Assembly: GCA_044892525.1 (NCBI GenBank)
Contig: CM097887.1
Span: 14,018,881 to 14,076,000 of the forward strand
Length of the DNA stretch: 57,120 nucleotides
Direction: 5' to 3'
Source: Schmidtea polychroa
Taxonomy: Eukaryota
Below are positions 40,421-52,879 of the stretch, piece after piece. Below the pieces are notes generated by a model. The model was not told where the DNA came from and searched no databases. It saw only the letters and a program-made list of their open reading frames with translations. The translations under genes were made by a program, and so were the position numbers. Positions within the stretch are counted from its first letter, which is position 1. The number at the start of each line of letters is the position of its first letter.

Positions 40421-43400
40421 CACGACTAATAGACAAGCATAGTTCAGTAAATAAGATTCAGTTACCAATTTTATGTTACCAACACATTACAAGCAATTTA
40501 ATTTAGATTGCGATACATAAATGCAGTGCTTTTTTTCTGACGGAACGACATTCCGGCACCTTTTTTAGCTGAATGATTTTAAAAATTTGACATATGTTTT
40601 GGTTTTTGTCATATTTCTATTTCTGACATTTAAAATAGTCAATTACAATCAAATTTTAAGTAGTAGTAGTACTGTAGTCGTACGTCTATGTGTTATTACT
40701 ACTAACTAAAACACGCTCACGGTAAATATACGCCATTAATATACAACGTCATTAAAATCATTTCCTGTCGTCGTTGTTGTATTTGCTAGCTAATTTCAGC
40801 GTAATTTTTTTGCATATAAAGGATAGTACAGATACGTTCCGGCACCTTTTTTCCCAAAAAAAAACACTGTAAAAATGGATTTGGTGAGCGCTTAATAATG
40901 TTAAAATTTCGATTATCACTCATCACCGAACGGTGACATTTCCATATTTTGTTAAAATGTACTTCAAGTGGTAATAAGAACACAGATGACCCAAACAAAT
41001 TCAAAACAGTATTAATACAATATTCTGAGGATCCCCAAAATTGATTATCTAGTAAAATAACTCATTTAAGTATTATCAGTTTTCTCACATTCGATAGGTG
41101 TTATCATCATTACACTTTGATTTTTCGTAGCATCATTATTACCATCACGAAGTCCGAATTCTTGGTGTCCTTCCTTCAACCCTTAATTTAAATTTCGAAA
41201 GACGTTGGGTTACAGAAAAATAATTAAAATGATTTATTTCGAGAGCGAAAATTTAGCGACTGGCCGACAAGTGCTACTAAAAAATTGGACGGACAAATGA
41301 ATTATCATCATTCATTTCATTATTATCTTATTAATTATTATTAATATACAAAAATTAATATGATCTCCATCATTGTTACCTCCACCATTTCGGTAAATAT
41401 TATTATCATTTTTGTTATTACTATGTGTAAGACTAATAGGGGTATCACTGTCCTCATTAGTATTATTTTTATTGATGGGGTTATCACTATCATTCTTATT
41501 CTTATAAAACCACTCCCTATGTCGTTGGTAAGCATAACGATGAATCTACATGTGATCGACTTATACGTCATGACACCTGTCAACAATCCCCGATCCAGAA
41601 GCTCAAACAAAAACAGATGCTGTTGGCCGTCAGGAATGTCAAGTAGCCGGCAAAGAATGCGACAACCCTAGAACAGCTGCATGGCCCTGAAGCTCCACTC
41701 GAGTTAGACTTCGACAATAAGAATAACACACTATTTGACCTAGATGATCTTCCAGCCGATGCCCAAGCGAATACCTTTTGTTATGTATTTTTCCTTTAGT
41801 TTGCATTATAATTTTAATTAGTATCGTCCTTTGTTTCTTTTGTATTGAATATTAATTGTTATCTATTTATTTTAAATATTGACTAGATTCATGCATATGA
41901 TAGAAACTAGTAAGAAATTGGAAGTTTAGTAAACAAGAAATTCCCTTTTATTTATATTATTTAAACTCGAATTTTTAATTTCACCATTAGACAATTTTCA
42001 TTTTCGACGTAAATCCTTCTATCGGCAGTCAAGAACCCGGATAGAGAGCGCAATGAGAAGTAGTCTCAGAAACAGAACTCTTCCACCCATTGGCTCTCGA
42101 AAACCGTGTGAGGCACCAATATGGCCACTACCGTGGGTACATAAGTGGGGAATTGAAATAATCATGGACTCGTTTAAAGGGATATGTTCTCATGTAGACC
42201 ACTGACCCAATATATCTATTGTCATATTTTCCTCCCGAAACGTCAATAATTGTGCTGAATCTCACCTGGCTTATTGAACGTGTCCTTTATTTGTTGAAAA
42301 TCGTCAGGTCAAATGAACTAAATAATTAAATTTTCCCATTATTATTACGATATCGATTGCAAATCCACAAAAAAATCAACTCCTTTTCCTCTCGACGTGT
42401 ACTTGTTATAGAGATAGACCCTAAGTCTCGACATAATGAGAAATAACGACAATTCCACTGAAAAATGAATATATATATATACATACATACATATATTGAA
42501 GAAGCAATAAAATTCTAATTAAATATCTACAAAAAAAAATGTATGAGAAATTGTGAAACTACAAAAATGATCCGTGAAAACTAAATTAACAACAGAAAAA
42601 TTTAATTAAATTTATTTTGACTTCTTCGTTTCACTCTCCGTTGATTTAATTCGAAAAAATAGCGAAATTTTATCGGCAAGACCTCCGAACAATGCAAAGC
42701 TTACGATAGCTTCTATTTTACGAAACGGATTCGAGGCACCAGTGAATATAATCAGGAGTCTAAATGACGATGTCAAGAAAGAAATAGGGAATTTAATAGC
42801 AAATCAATCAACCTGAAATATGTCATTATTAACACGGCTGACATGAACAACAGCTTGGCGGAGAAATAATTCGAGAAAACCCCATTCATCAAGTATGCAC
42901 AAGATATCAGAAAACTCATTTTTGTAACACTAAATTACAACGAAAATATTTTCATTATAAAAAATTGTAGCAAAGCATAATAACAAGCAAGTTCCAGCAT
43001 AAATAGCCTAATGCTTCAAAATGTCTTTGAAAATACTATCGAATAATTTGATTGGTTCACTGCGGTTTTAGAACATTTTGACCTCGGAGTAAACTAAGTG
43101 ACCTCAAATTAAAATACGGTCCCGGTTGCAATGACAACCATCCGGTTGCCACGCTAACAAGTTACATAACTTTCTGGGAGTTTGACATATCAATAACGGG
43201 GACACATTTATCTACGAATTTTATGAATCTTTCTAGTGCGCATTTCTCATGGACTTTTATCTATACCAGTGTTTCCCAACATGTGTTCCACTAGAAAATT
43301 TTAGTGGTCCGATAGAATAACTAAGACTTGAAAATTTATATTTTGAAATTATAATTTTTTCGCATACATTTAAAAAAACAATTGTTTGGTAGCGAAAATT

Positions 43401-43773
43401 AAAAAAAATTAATTTTGCACCTGGGTCGATAGTGGGGACATGTAAGCCAACTGACACAGTGGCTTCTTATTGATTGAATAAAAACATGACTCATTCGACG
43501 CGTCATGATGCAGCGGACATTTTAATATGAGACATGGATATGCGATGAGTCGTTGTTGAGATATAACAAAGACAGTGAGACATTGAAAAACATTTTTGCG
43601 CGCGTTATTTTTGCCTGGTTAAAAGAATTTTTTAATGATCAAAAAAAACTATATTTTCGAAGTATTTTTCATAATTTTTTTTTCAAATAATTCATCTGAT
43701 CGAACAAGTCATGCTTTATGAAAACTAACAAGGCCATGCTTCTATGTTACTTTCGATATATTAGTATGAGGTA

Positions 43774-44382
43774 CAGTGGCGTAACAAGGACTTGGCATTG
43801 GAGCAGTTGCCAAGAGCGCCGGTTCAAAAACGCGCCGCAAGGGAGCCACTAAATCTCTAATTTTTAAACTTTTTATTTAAATGTATATTTCAATTTTATC
43901 TTTGATAACAAAAAAGCTAATAATTAATTATATTTAAATATATTTCATTTAAATCATTATAATATTTTTATTATGTTTGTTGCCGTTGTGGGGCTTCTTA
44001 TCATACAAATGTGATTATGATTTTATTAGCAACACGGCATTCTACCGGAACCGGGAGGGAAAAAACAACAAAACTGCACAGTCTGCACTTGTTGAAAAGT
44101 TGTAGTGTTTCGCAAGAGATTTAGGAATGTTATTAATATTTGATTTTTAGTAACTGAAATCAATTAATAAATTCTTAATAATAATGAGTAATTAATTAAA
44201 ATAAATATATTCCTTAAAAGTTAGATATGGGTCGGAAGAATAAATTTATGATAAATAAAATAAGAAAACTTCAATTATTTTTATCTAACAATTGAAAAAA
44301 TCGCAAAGCTAAAATTTGACAATTTGTGAAGGGCGCCAAAAATAAATTAGCCAAGGGCGTCGAAAACCCAGTTACGCCTCTG
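43774..44382. mobile_element. hAT-type MITE
   Basis: TIR CAGTGGCGTAAC/GTTACGCCTCTG; TSD-like ATGAGGTA/ATGAATTA (6 of 8 match). Confidence 0.7.
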
Positions 44383-44419
44383 ATGAATTAAATTAAATAA
44401 AAGAGGAAATTCTTTGATG

Positions 44420-45182
44420 TGTTGGGGTTCAGCAAAAGAGGTAAAAAAATGAGTTGAAAAATCAATAAAAACATCAAATTCACAGTTATAATTGAAAGTA
44501 CAAAATATTAATTAAAAATGAATATTTTCCGAGGGAAACTAGTATGGGAAAATGTCGAACAATGAAGCGAGTTCAAATATAATAAAATAAAATCAACGGG
44601 GGATCCATAGAAGTAATTACGAAAAACTAAAATTAATTAAAAATTAATTAGCTAAAGGTTAACCCAAGCAATGTGAGAGAACATGAATGGGAAGCAATTA
44701 AATCAGCGGACAAATAATGAAAAAGGGCAAGCCATCAAAAGAGACGAGCAAATTCCTCAAAGTAATTAGAACGATAAGAGGAAGCCCGGGGGAAATTGAT
44801 CCGAAATAATTTGACAAGGTAGAATAAAATTACGAAATGGTTATAAAAGTGACCGGCATGTAAACAGAATTGCCAATAGGTCGAAGAAACGTAATCGAAT
44901 AATTTAGCGAGTAAACAAAGAAAACTTTGAACTTAGTGATAACTGAATATTTTCGAATCCAGCGTACCATAAAGGGACATCTCCCGCTGGAAGATTAATC
45001 CCTGCATAAGGTTTACATTGGTATTGAAAACTGCAGGGCAAAAAGAGTTATTTGTGGTTGTGTCAATAAAGAGTAATTGTATTAGTCTTGAACAAAGATT
45101 TTTGTGTTTGGTTGTTTAACTTAATTTCAAAAGGACACCATGGAGTCAGACCGTGATACTGACTTGCACAAAATAACCAACA
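44420..45182 (+). mobile_element. Solo LTR (family of 53051-53902)
   Basis: TGTTGG...CCAACA ends and full-length collinearity with the 53k copy. No TSD. Confidence 0.75.
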
Positions 45183-45189
45183 ACTATCT

Positions 45190-45360
45190 TGAAGTTCCGA
45201 ATCCTACAATTAGCATTGAAAAATTCAGAACTTTGAAAAATAATTTATTAAATTGGAAAAATTGTGTTGGTTTATATATCGATGGGGCAGCAAAATTTAA
45301 AAAGTAGGCGAAGTTGAAATGACATTTACGCACTGTTTTATATACCGAAAGTATTTAGCT
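45190..45360 (+). mobile_element. hAT transposase fragment
   Basis: Reads LNWKNCVGLYIDGAA and FTHCFIYRKYLA. Confidence 0.6.
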
Positions 45361-46424
45361 CCAACAAATATAGATAGCAGAATTGGCAAATAATCTAAAC
45401 GCAACTAAGACTAATGCCAAAAAACGAATGTGAGTCCGCCGAGTAAGGCACATATAGAATAGAATAATTGAGAGAGAAGATAGTACTATCCGATTAATTA
45501 AACTTTAGTCAAAAACGACACTTACTGTTATCCGTTTTCTATATTATAATAAACAGAATAACAAATCTCATCCATCAATGCGAACTTAAAATAAATATAT
45601 TTTTAATTATTTAAATTTAATTTATAATTTATCCTTTATCGTCAATAGCAATTTGCTTTAAATTTCGAAAAAAAACTTTTTGTTAATTTGTAATTTCACC
45701 ATTTGACAATTTTCATTTTCGACGTAAATCCTTCTATCGGCAGTCATTTAAGTCATTTTTATTAATTTTGGTGGTGATTCGGTGCCCGATTGGCCCAATC
45801 GCATTAAATCCGGTCCTGGATAGAATCGCTTCTATTTTGATTTATATCATTTATTACTTTGTTCTTCAATTATAATTCTTCGATGATATATTAATTATTT
45901 TTATATAATATATTAAGAAATATTTCTGCCATATTCAAAATTGCTAAATTTATTGATTATTTACAAATTTATGGAATTCTACTAATTTATCGAGCTGTCA
46001 AGTTTATTTCACAAATTTATAGATTTTTAATTTTATCGAATTTTTAATTTATTGATTTTATGAATTTATTGAGTTTCTCGGTTTATTTATTTTGATTAAT
46101 TTAAATTAAATCAAACGCAATCAATAAAAATATTTCTACACCATATTTCGAAAAATCAAAAATATGTGGAATTTAATGATGACTCGTACGGATGATTAAA
46201 ATCTCTAATCTGCTTCACCATTGACCTTTTCATATTCTCCTTTTCCTGATTATCGATCGATGTATCCAATAAATCTTAATCAATAGTCGAATAAAAAGTA
46301 ATATTTTATTGATTTTTTATTTATTGGAATATTTACAATAATCTGATCAAATCAATTATAATTAATGATTATATTGAATGGGAGAGCGAACAGTTTATAT
46401 TTATGAAATTAATAGATAATGAAA

Positions 46425-46625
46425 TTTTACACAATTTTCCTGATGCCATTTTTAGAGAAAAATATTTTCCTATTTATAAATAAAGATTGCAATTATAATT
46501 GAAGCCGATGGGATTATAATGGCACGATATAGACTATTTGGGAGCAAGGTGGAGGACAGCTGATGTTTCAATCCAGCATAACAGCGAATATCTCAACCAA
46601 TTTGATATATATTGTGTTGTCAATA
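46425..46625 (-). pseudogene. Decayed TRIC exon-2-like copy C
   Basis: VEIFAVMLD*NISCP...IVY aligns with VGLFHASIVWYLIHYCP..IVY (W>TGA). 47 bp are identical to 48721-48767. Confidence 0.55.
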
Positions 46626-46907
46626 AATAATAGAAAGATCAATAAAATTATTATTAAAAATATTTAAATCAATGAAAATATTAACATGGATAAAACCTTA
46701 CTAGAAATTGACGATGACATTAATATGAAATATATAACATAATTTCTATCATAAATATAAAGGATAAGAAACATCATTTAAAAAAGGAAGCAAAATTTGA
46801 TCTTATTCCATCTTATTCACTTATATTTTATCCGTATCAAGCAGTTAACAGTTTCAATTGACTAAGTCATTAACATTAATAATTTCATTTATAAATATAC
46901 AATTTAT

Positions 46908-48101
46908 GGTAAAAGCCCGATATAGCGTCGGTAATTATTTACATCAAAATATACCACAAAAAAGTGACAGTACACCCAAACAAGCTTTATTCACATCAAA
47001 ATACACTCAAACGGATAGTTATCCATAAGCGTAATTAAGAAGTTTGGAAACAAGTCTGTGCGTCGAAATTGGTTACGATACGCAAATTCTTGCAGATATG
47101 ACGGAAACAACGCGCGACTTGTTCCAAATTGTCTTTTTAACTTCCTCTTCGCCCTCATCCACATGTTCTCGATGTTCTGAGTATGCACTTCGGAGTCATT
47201 AGGATCGACGAAGTTACGTTGGTGCACAACAGCGGAATGCTCATATATTCCATGTCTGATTTGATCTATATTTGCATATGCAGCCCACCCATCAGACATT
47301 ATATGTGTCCCTGGCAAAATGTGAGCTTCTATACAGGCTTGCAACGTCCCTGCCCGCCTGTCTTGCACTTCCAACAGGAAGCACCGGCCACTTTCTCGTT
47401 CAATTCCTCCGAAAACCCAGTGGCCATCACGCCACTGGCCACGGTGATATTTCCTGTGAAAATATTTTGTTTCATCTATTTCCACAATTATAGATTGTCC
47501 ATTGACGTCTATTCCACCAATTTCGGGCGCACTGCGTTCCAGCCATGTTGCACACTCTTCGCGCATGTAGTTGCACCAATCAATTACTAGGTTTTTGGCA
47601 ACATCAGCCTCGTGCTGCATCTGCATCTGCGGCATATCATACGACCAGCAATAAACGAGGACAACAATTTGTTGTAATGATAATTGACTGCGTGCAAAGA
47701 AGGATTTGTTTCGCACCGATACACGGTAACCACAACGGTCGCATGCCCATCTCCTACCGTCAATTCCCTGCTGGTACCGATTCATGTGCACGGTTGATTG
47801 CAAATTCCGCATTTCACAGAGTTGCGAACCAAGCTTCGGCGGGCACACCACTGTAATGCCGAATCAGGTTGTTGTAAGTGTGGTGAAAGCGTCGACAATC
47901 GCCACACCTCATTTAACATATCGTTTTTACTCATTATTTCATTACGAGGCACTATTATTGTGGATGCTCGTGGTCTTCCGGCCATTTTGCATTAAATTTA
48001 ATTTAATAAAAATTAAATCCATATGAAATCCATATGCAGTAGCTATCTTTTGTGGTATATTTTGATGTAAATAATTACCGACGCTATATCGGGCTTTTAC
48101 C
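46908..48101 (-). mobile_element. Merlin (IS1595/ISXO2-like) DNA transposon, full length
   Basis: Perfect 54-bp TIRs (46908-46961 and 48048-48101) starting GGTAAAAGCC. Perfect 8-bp TSD CAATTTAT (46900-46907 and 48102-48109). Confidence 0.97.
46991..47985 (-). pseudogene. Merlin DDE transposase split by one frameshift (about 331 aa if repaired)
   Basis: ORF 47985-47782 (...KCGICNQPCT*) overlaps ATG 47785 (MNRYQQGIDGRRWACDRC). The catalytic motifs VEIDET, MSDGWAAY and HTQNIENMW are intact. Confidence 0.9.
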
Positions 48102-48358
48102 CAATTTATTACTCTTTTCGTTATGAAATCATGCATAGGTAGGTTTCTCTACATATTTTCTTTTCTAGAACAAATATCGCTTTATGCTATCCTGAAAGCT
48201 TGCCCTTTCAAAGCTCAGTTCTGATAACAATTACAAACCTTTACCACCTGCAGTAAAAAAACCTCGACGAATTTATTATTAACATTTCTACCGTGCTCTT
48301 TGGGAAATTTCTCAATGGAGCCTTATCATATCCAGTACCAATAATATATAACACTTAC

Positions 48359-48800
48359 TGGGATGGAAACATCATTTCATTTTTCATCAAACTTCCACTT
48401 TTAAGGAATAATTCAACAATTACAGTTGCTTGATTTGTTGATGAACCTGAGAAAGTAATGCATTTCTAATTGTTATGAAATAATAATAATAATAATAATC
48501 GTTTAGACAACATCAATTATTATCATAGCCAATAATTTATTTTTCTCTCTTCAAATAATCTCTTTCAAATTTTGACAATTTTCCTGATCACTAGCGAGAG
48601 CCTGGCTTGAAAGCTTTTGTTAGACAAAAACACGGAAAATAATTTCCCATTGATATATAAAGATTATAATTATAACTGAAACCGATGGGATGATAATGCT
48701 ATGATTTACACAGTTTGGCAGCAAGGTGGAGGACAGCTGATGTTTCAATCCAGCATAACAGCGAATATTTCAACCAATTTTATATATAATGTGTTGTCAA
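48359..48800 (-). pseudogene. TRIC paralog copy B: decayed exon 2 plus an intact-looking exon 3 (48359-48446)
   Basis: Exon 3b is CAG|GSSTNQ...NEMMFPS|GTAAGT, 88 nt, with the same phases as exon 3 of the intact gene. Confidence 0.6.
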
Positions 48801-49639
48801 TAAATATTTTTTATTAATAGAAATCAATAAAATAATTATTAAAGAATATTTACATGGATAATTACTTTCGTTTTATCTACTTATTAAAATAAGCATGGCC
48901 GACGCAGGGGGGAATACAAATGATATATCAGTTCATCAATTGGGCAAATAATTATGGAAATGTAAGAATTATTAGAGATATAATTATATAATTATAATTC
49001 CTTTCAATCAATTATAGTTTATAAATCAGCAAAAGGAAATTCGGAGTGTCAAAGCTTGGACAAAAACTGATGATGATTGAAATAAGAATTGTAAAATATA
49101 AAATAGTTATTATTCGACAAAAGGATATTTTGTAGGAAGATGAGTAAGTTTAAATATATATAAAACTCAGAGAAAATTCATCTAAAAGGAATAAAAGAAA
49201 GCGATGAATCAATTGGTAAAAACTGGTTTCCATAGGAGAAATAAAGGAATAATACAAATTGGGAATCCATATTCTATTTTATATTTAACATTTCTATATT
49301 ATCGCATGTTAAACTGATATCATTGGCTCGCATATTTGAATCATCATCCAATTGTATATTGCTCCGTTGGCATAATGTTCCATGTGTGGTGTGTTTCTAT
49401 GCATTCATAATTACATCATCGCCATGCCATATTGACATTCAAATTATGCGTTGCGCAATAAATGATTCAATAATAAATCATCGACATTTTGTCCGAAAAT
49501 ATTTGAAAAAATGATGCCTCAGCTTACATATTAAATTAATTGTGCAACTGAATTTATTAATTAATCGATTGCATTAGTATTGTGTTTTGGAATTAATGAT
49601 TGTAATAATCCCACTTTGGTGTGTAATAAATAATGGGAA

Positions 49640-50125
49640 ATTAATTAATCAAATATTAATAAAAATTAATTAATGGAAATAATAAATTTAAAAAAAAACT
49701 ATTAAAATAAAAGAAATTTCAGTTTTAAATATTTTAAATGAATTTAATTATTTGATTAATTAAAATTAATTAATTAATCAAATATCAATAAAAATTAATT
49801 AATGGAAATAAAAATAATAAACTAATAAAATAAAAGAATTTTTAATTAATTAATTAAATATTAATGAAAATTAATTAATGGAAATAAAAATAATAAATTT
49901 AAAAAAAATAATCAAATAAAAGAAATTTCAATTTTAAATATTTTAAATGAATTTAATTATTTGATAAATTAAAAAAAATTTTAACGAATAATCAAATTAA
50001 TTAATTAATTGAAATAAGAAATAAATAATTACTAATAAAATAAAAGAATTTTCAATTATGCAAATTTTTATTAATTAAAATTAATTAATTAATCAAATAT
50101 AAATAAAAATTAATTAATGGAAATA
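49640..50125. repeat. AT-rich degenerate tandem repeat
   Basis: Reiterated AAAATTAATTAATGGAAATAA and ATAAAAGAA blocks. Confidence 0.7.
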
Positions 50126-50281
50126 AATGGCGTAGAGAAAGGGCGTGATAAACACGAGAAAGGGATATAATACCGGGAATTGCTCAAGGATAATGATATA
50201 ATGCATAAACGAACCGCATGCAATAGAACAATGCGTAAGGCATAAAATGAATAATTGCACAACTAGCCAGCAATTACTTAC

Positions 50282-50964
50282 TATGAGGGTGCCAGCAATT
50301 CATTGTTGGCCTTATTTACACCGTTTATGATTACTGAAGCGATGCCAATTATCCAATTTGTTCCTGAACCTTATCAATATTGATATTATTTATCTATATT
50401 CCATCATTTGTATGCGTAATTTATCCAGATATATCAATAAACCCATATCTCACCTTTCATCGTTCCTGCAACGATCCACACTAAATACGAGCCAGGAAAT
50501 CGGTATATTGCTTCATCAATGCCAGAAAATATATTTTTGCATCTCTGCAATTCTTTCATTAAGCATATGATTGTGAAAATCGGCAGAAAATTGCACAATT
50601 TATAAACGATATCTCCAGGACAGTAATGAATTAAATACCAGACAATTGAGGCATGAAATAAACCAACTGGATTCTGTAGAATCAATACCAAAGAATCACC
50701 GTACAAGAAATTAATAATAATAGACCCAGCAAAAGATAAAATCATAGTCAATACATAATTCGCCAGTGGATGCAATTTAATGAAAGACAGATTATCTTAA
50801 TTTGAAAAATATATTTTAAACAACATATATCACCATTACTCACCTTTCCTGAAAGTATCTTTCGTCAGCAAAGATACGAGAATGAAATTGCTTATATTGA
50901 AATATGGATGCATATTTAAAGAATATAAATAATGTGACAAATTATTAATCATATTTTGAAACAT
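50282..50964 (-). CDS. TMEM38: TRIC (trimeric intracellular cation) channel, exons 1-3
   Basis: Exons 50844-50964, 50454-50795 and 50282-50369 are GT-AG and phase-consistent. Motifs MHPYF, HPLA..M..FAG, WYL..YCP, MKE..R..I..G, KGSG and NE.L.PS. The 3' exon is unresolved (possible frameshifted exon at about 49020-49190). Confidence 0.88.
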
Positions 50965-52879
50965 TTTTGAAAGCAGCCGCTAGATATATTTAAAAACAAA
51001 AGTTAATATTTAAAAATATAAAGCTGATAAAACCTTTTTGAAATATTGAAACGAAAAGTTCTATAAGTTAATTACAATTTAAGGATTAAAACAAGCTTTC
51101 AATATTAAATTCTTAGAAATTAAATATTAACTCTAACAATTATTACCTTGCATTTTTCAAGGAAAATGAAATTTTTAATAATTTTAATAATTTTTGAGCT
51201 TAAGTTTTTTATTAGGGAAAAACCTTACAATTTTATGTAAATTACAATTTAGGAATTAAGAAGACTATAATTCAAAGTTTGAATATATTACATCAACTGT
51301 TCCCAATCTGTGGTACGTGAATATTGAGCTATCGGTATACAATAAGTGATAAATTGATAATGAAAACAATATTTTTTTTCTATATAGATCACAATAATAA
51401 AACTGGAAACCTTTTTTTAAAAATTAAAAACATTTATTGTGGTCTAGTCGTAATTTTGCTCGACAGAATTTTTAAGGGTTTTGGATTATGTCAATCTAAT
51501 TTTATTCGATTAGGTTACTATTTGTCAGCCCATTCTGCTACCTGCAACGTTTTCATTACCGATGTTTCAGTTGACTTGGTTTGCTTTGCTTTTTGTCTGC
51601 TGTCGTTGTATTAATAATTTTAGACTCGTCAGTTGGCAAATGGTGACCAAAGATCATGTTTGCCTTTCTCGATGTAAACCCGCATTAAGCCTCGACTTTG
51701 TTCGTTGATTAGTCTTCGCTGAACCTTACTTTCTGTAATGTAGTCGGAAGAGTTGCTTCCAGAGCTCATTCATCTGCTGGTGTTGAAATACGTGTCTCTA
51801 ACCTCACCTAGATTGGTATGTGTCATGTGTAAGTGAGCTTTCAACTTCGAGATTTCAATCTTATCAGAGGTGATATTTTAGCTTTTTTATGAGTTTTTGG
51901 ACTGAATTTATGGATTATATTTATTCAGAAGAGAAGAGTTGTGATTATGATTAGTTGTAGATTATGAACCCAAACAAACTATTTAATAAGAATTATAGAA
52001 CTTTATAATATTGTTGGGGTTCGACGGGAAAGGAACAAAAACAAGGTGAAAATCAATAAAAACGAGAACTCATAAATTTCACTGGACATTATTTATTATC
52101 ATTTATGTGTCTTGCTTCTAAATGCCTACTATAGATCTTTGACTTGATGTCGGATTAACATGGCTATCCTTATGATTATTATACCAAGCGTTTATTATGC
52201 GATTTGGATAGTAATCTCCGTACAATTTGATTTGTTGCTCTGTTTCACTTTCCAATTACTATTCAGCAAGTATTTTGTCGTACCTTCAGCTGTCGAGATT
52301 TTTCCGCCTATGGGATTTATCTGGTCCATATCAGTGCTATTGTTTTCTCAGTAACATTAATCTGCAAATATTCCTTGTAAAAGTCTGCAATGCGTAATAT
52401 TCTCATCATTTTGGAATATATATATAGCTATTCAGTAACTTTTGGAAGCTCTATTTCCCTTTTTAAATATATAATTTAAGAATTTATCCACTGTGCTTAT
52501 CTTTTAGAAGATTTTCATTGGGGATTATGATATTTGGGAATTTAATAATTTATTGAAAATAGTCCATCTTTCTGGTGGAAACTGTTTTTACATTTAATAA
52601 TTATTAAAATACTGTTACCTAAGTCCGTATATATTTATAGGTATGAGGTAGGATAGATTGCTGAAAACTTGGTGGATATTGTCTGTGAGTAGATTAGATA
52701 CTAAGATATTTTGTATTATATTATTTTCTTTTAAATTTAGTTATTGTGTTTACAGAATTGAGGTTAAATTATAGTTGATAGCATCGTTTAAGAAATGTTG
52801 TGATCCTCGATCGACTTAGCATTTTTTAATTTTCTTTAATAACTTTGTTAACAGCTGATCACATCGCCTTCCTGGTGGT

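Noticed and set aside
40659-40672. (AGT)n Polinton-like terminus
   Set aside because: A short microsatellite with no partner TIR or Polinton genes.
41341-41790. Overlapping hydrophobic and N/D-rich ORFs and a GYHYH HUH-like string
   Set aside because: Low-complexity triplet bias, stops in the plausible frames and no supporting Rep motifs.
51450-52600. Possible further Penelope fragments (also 42650-43000) and a Gypsy RNase H remnant (42030-42350)
   Set aside because: Too degenerate to assign by eye.
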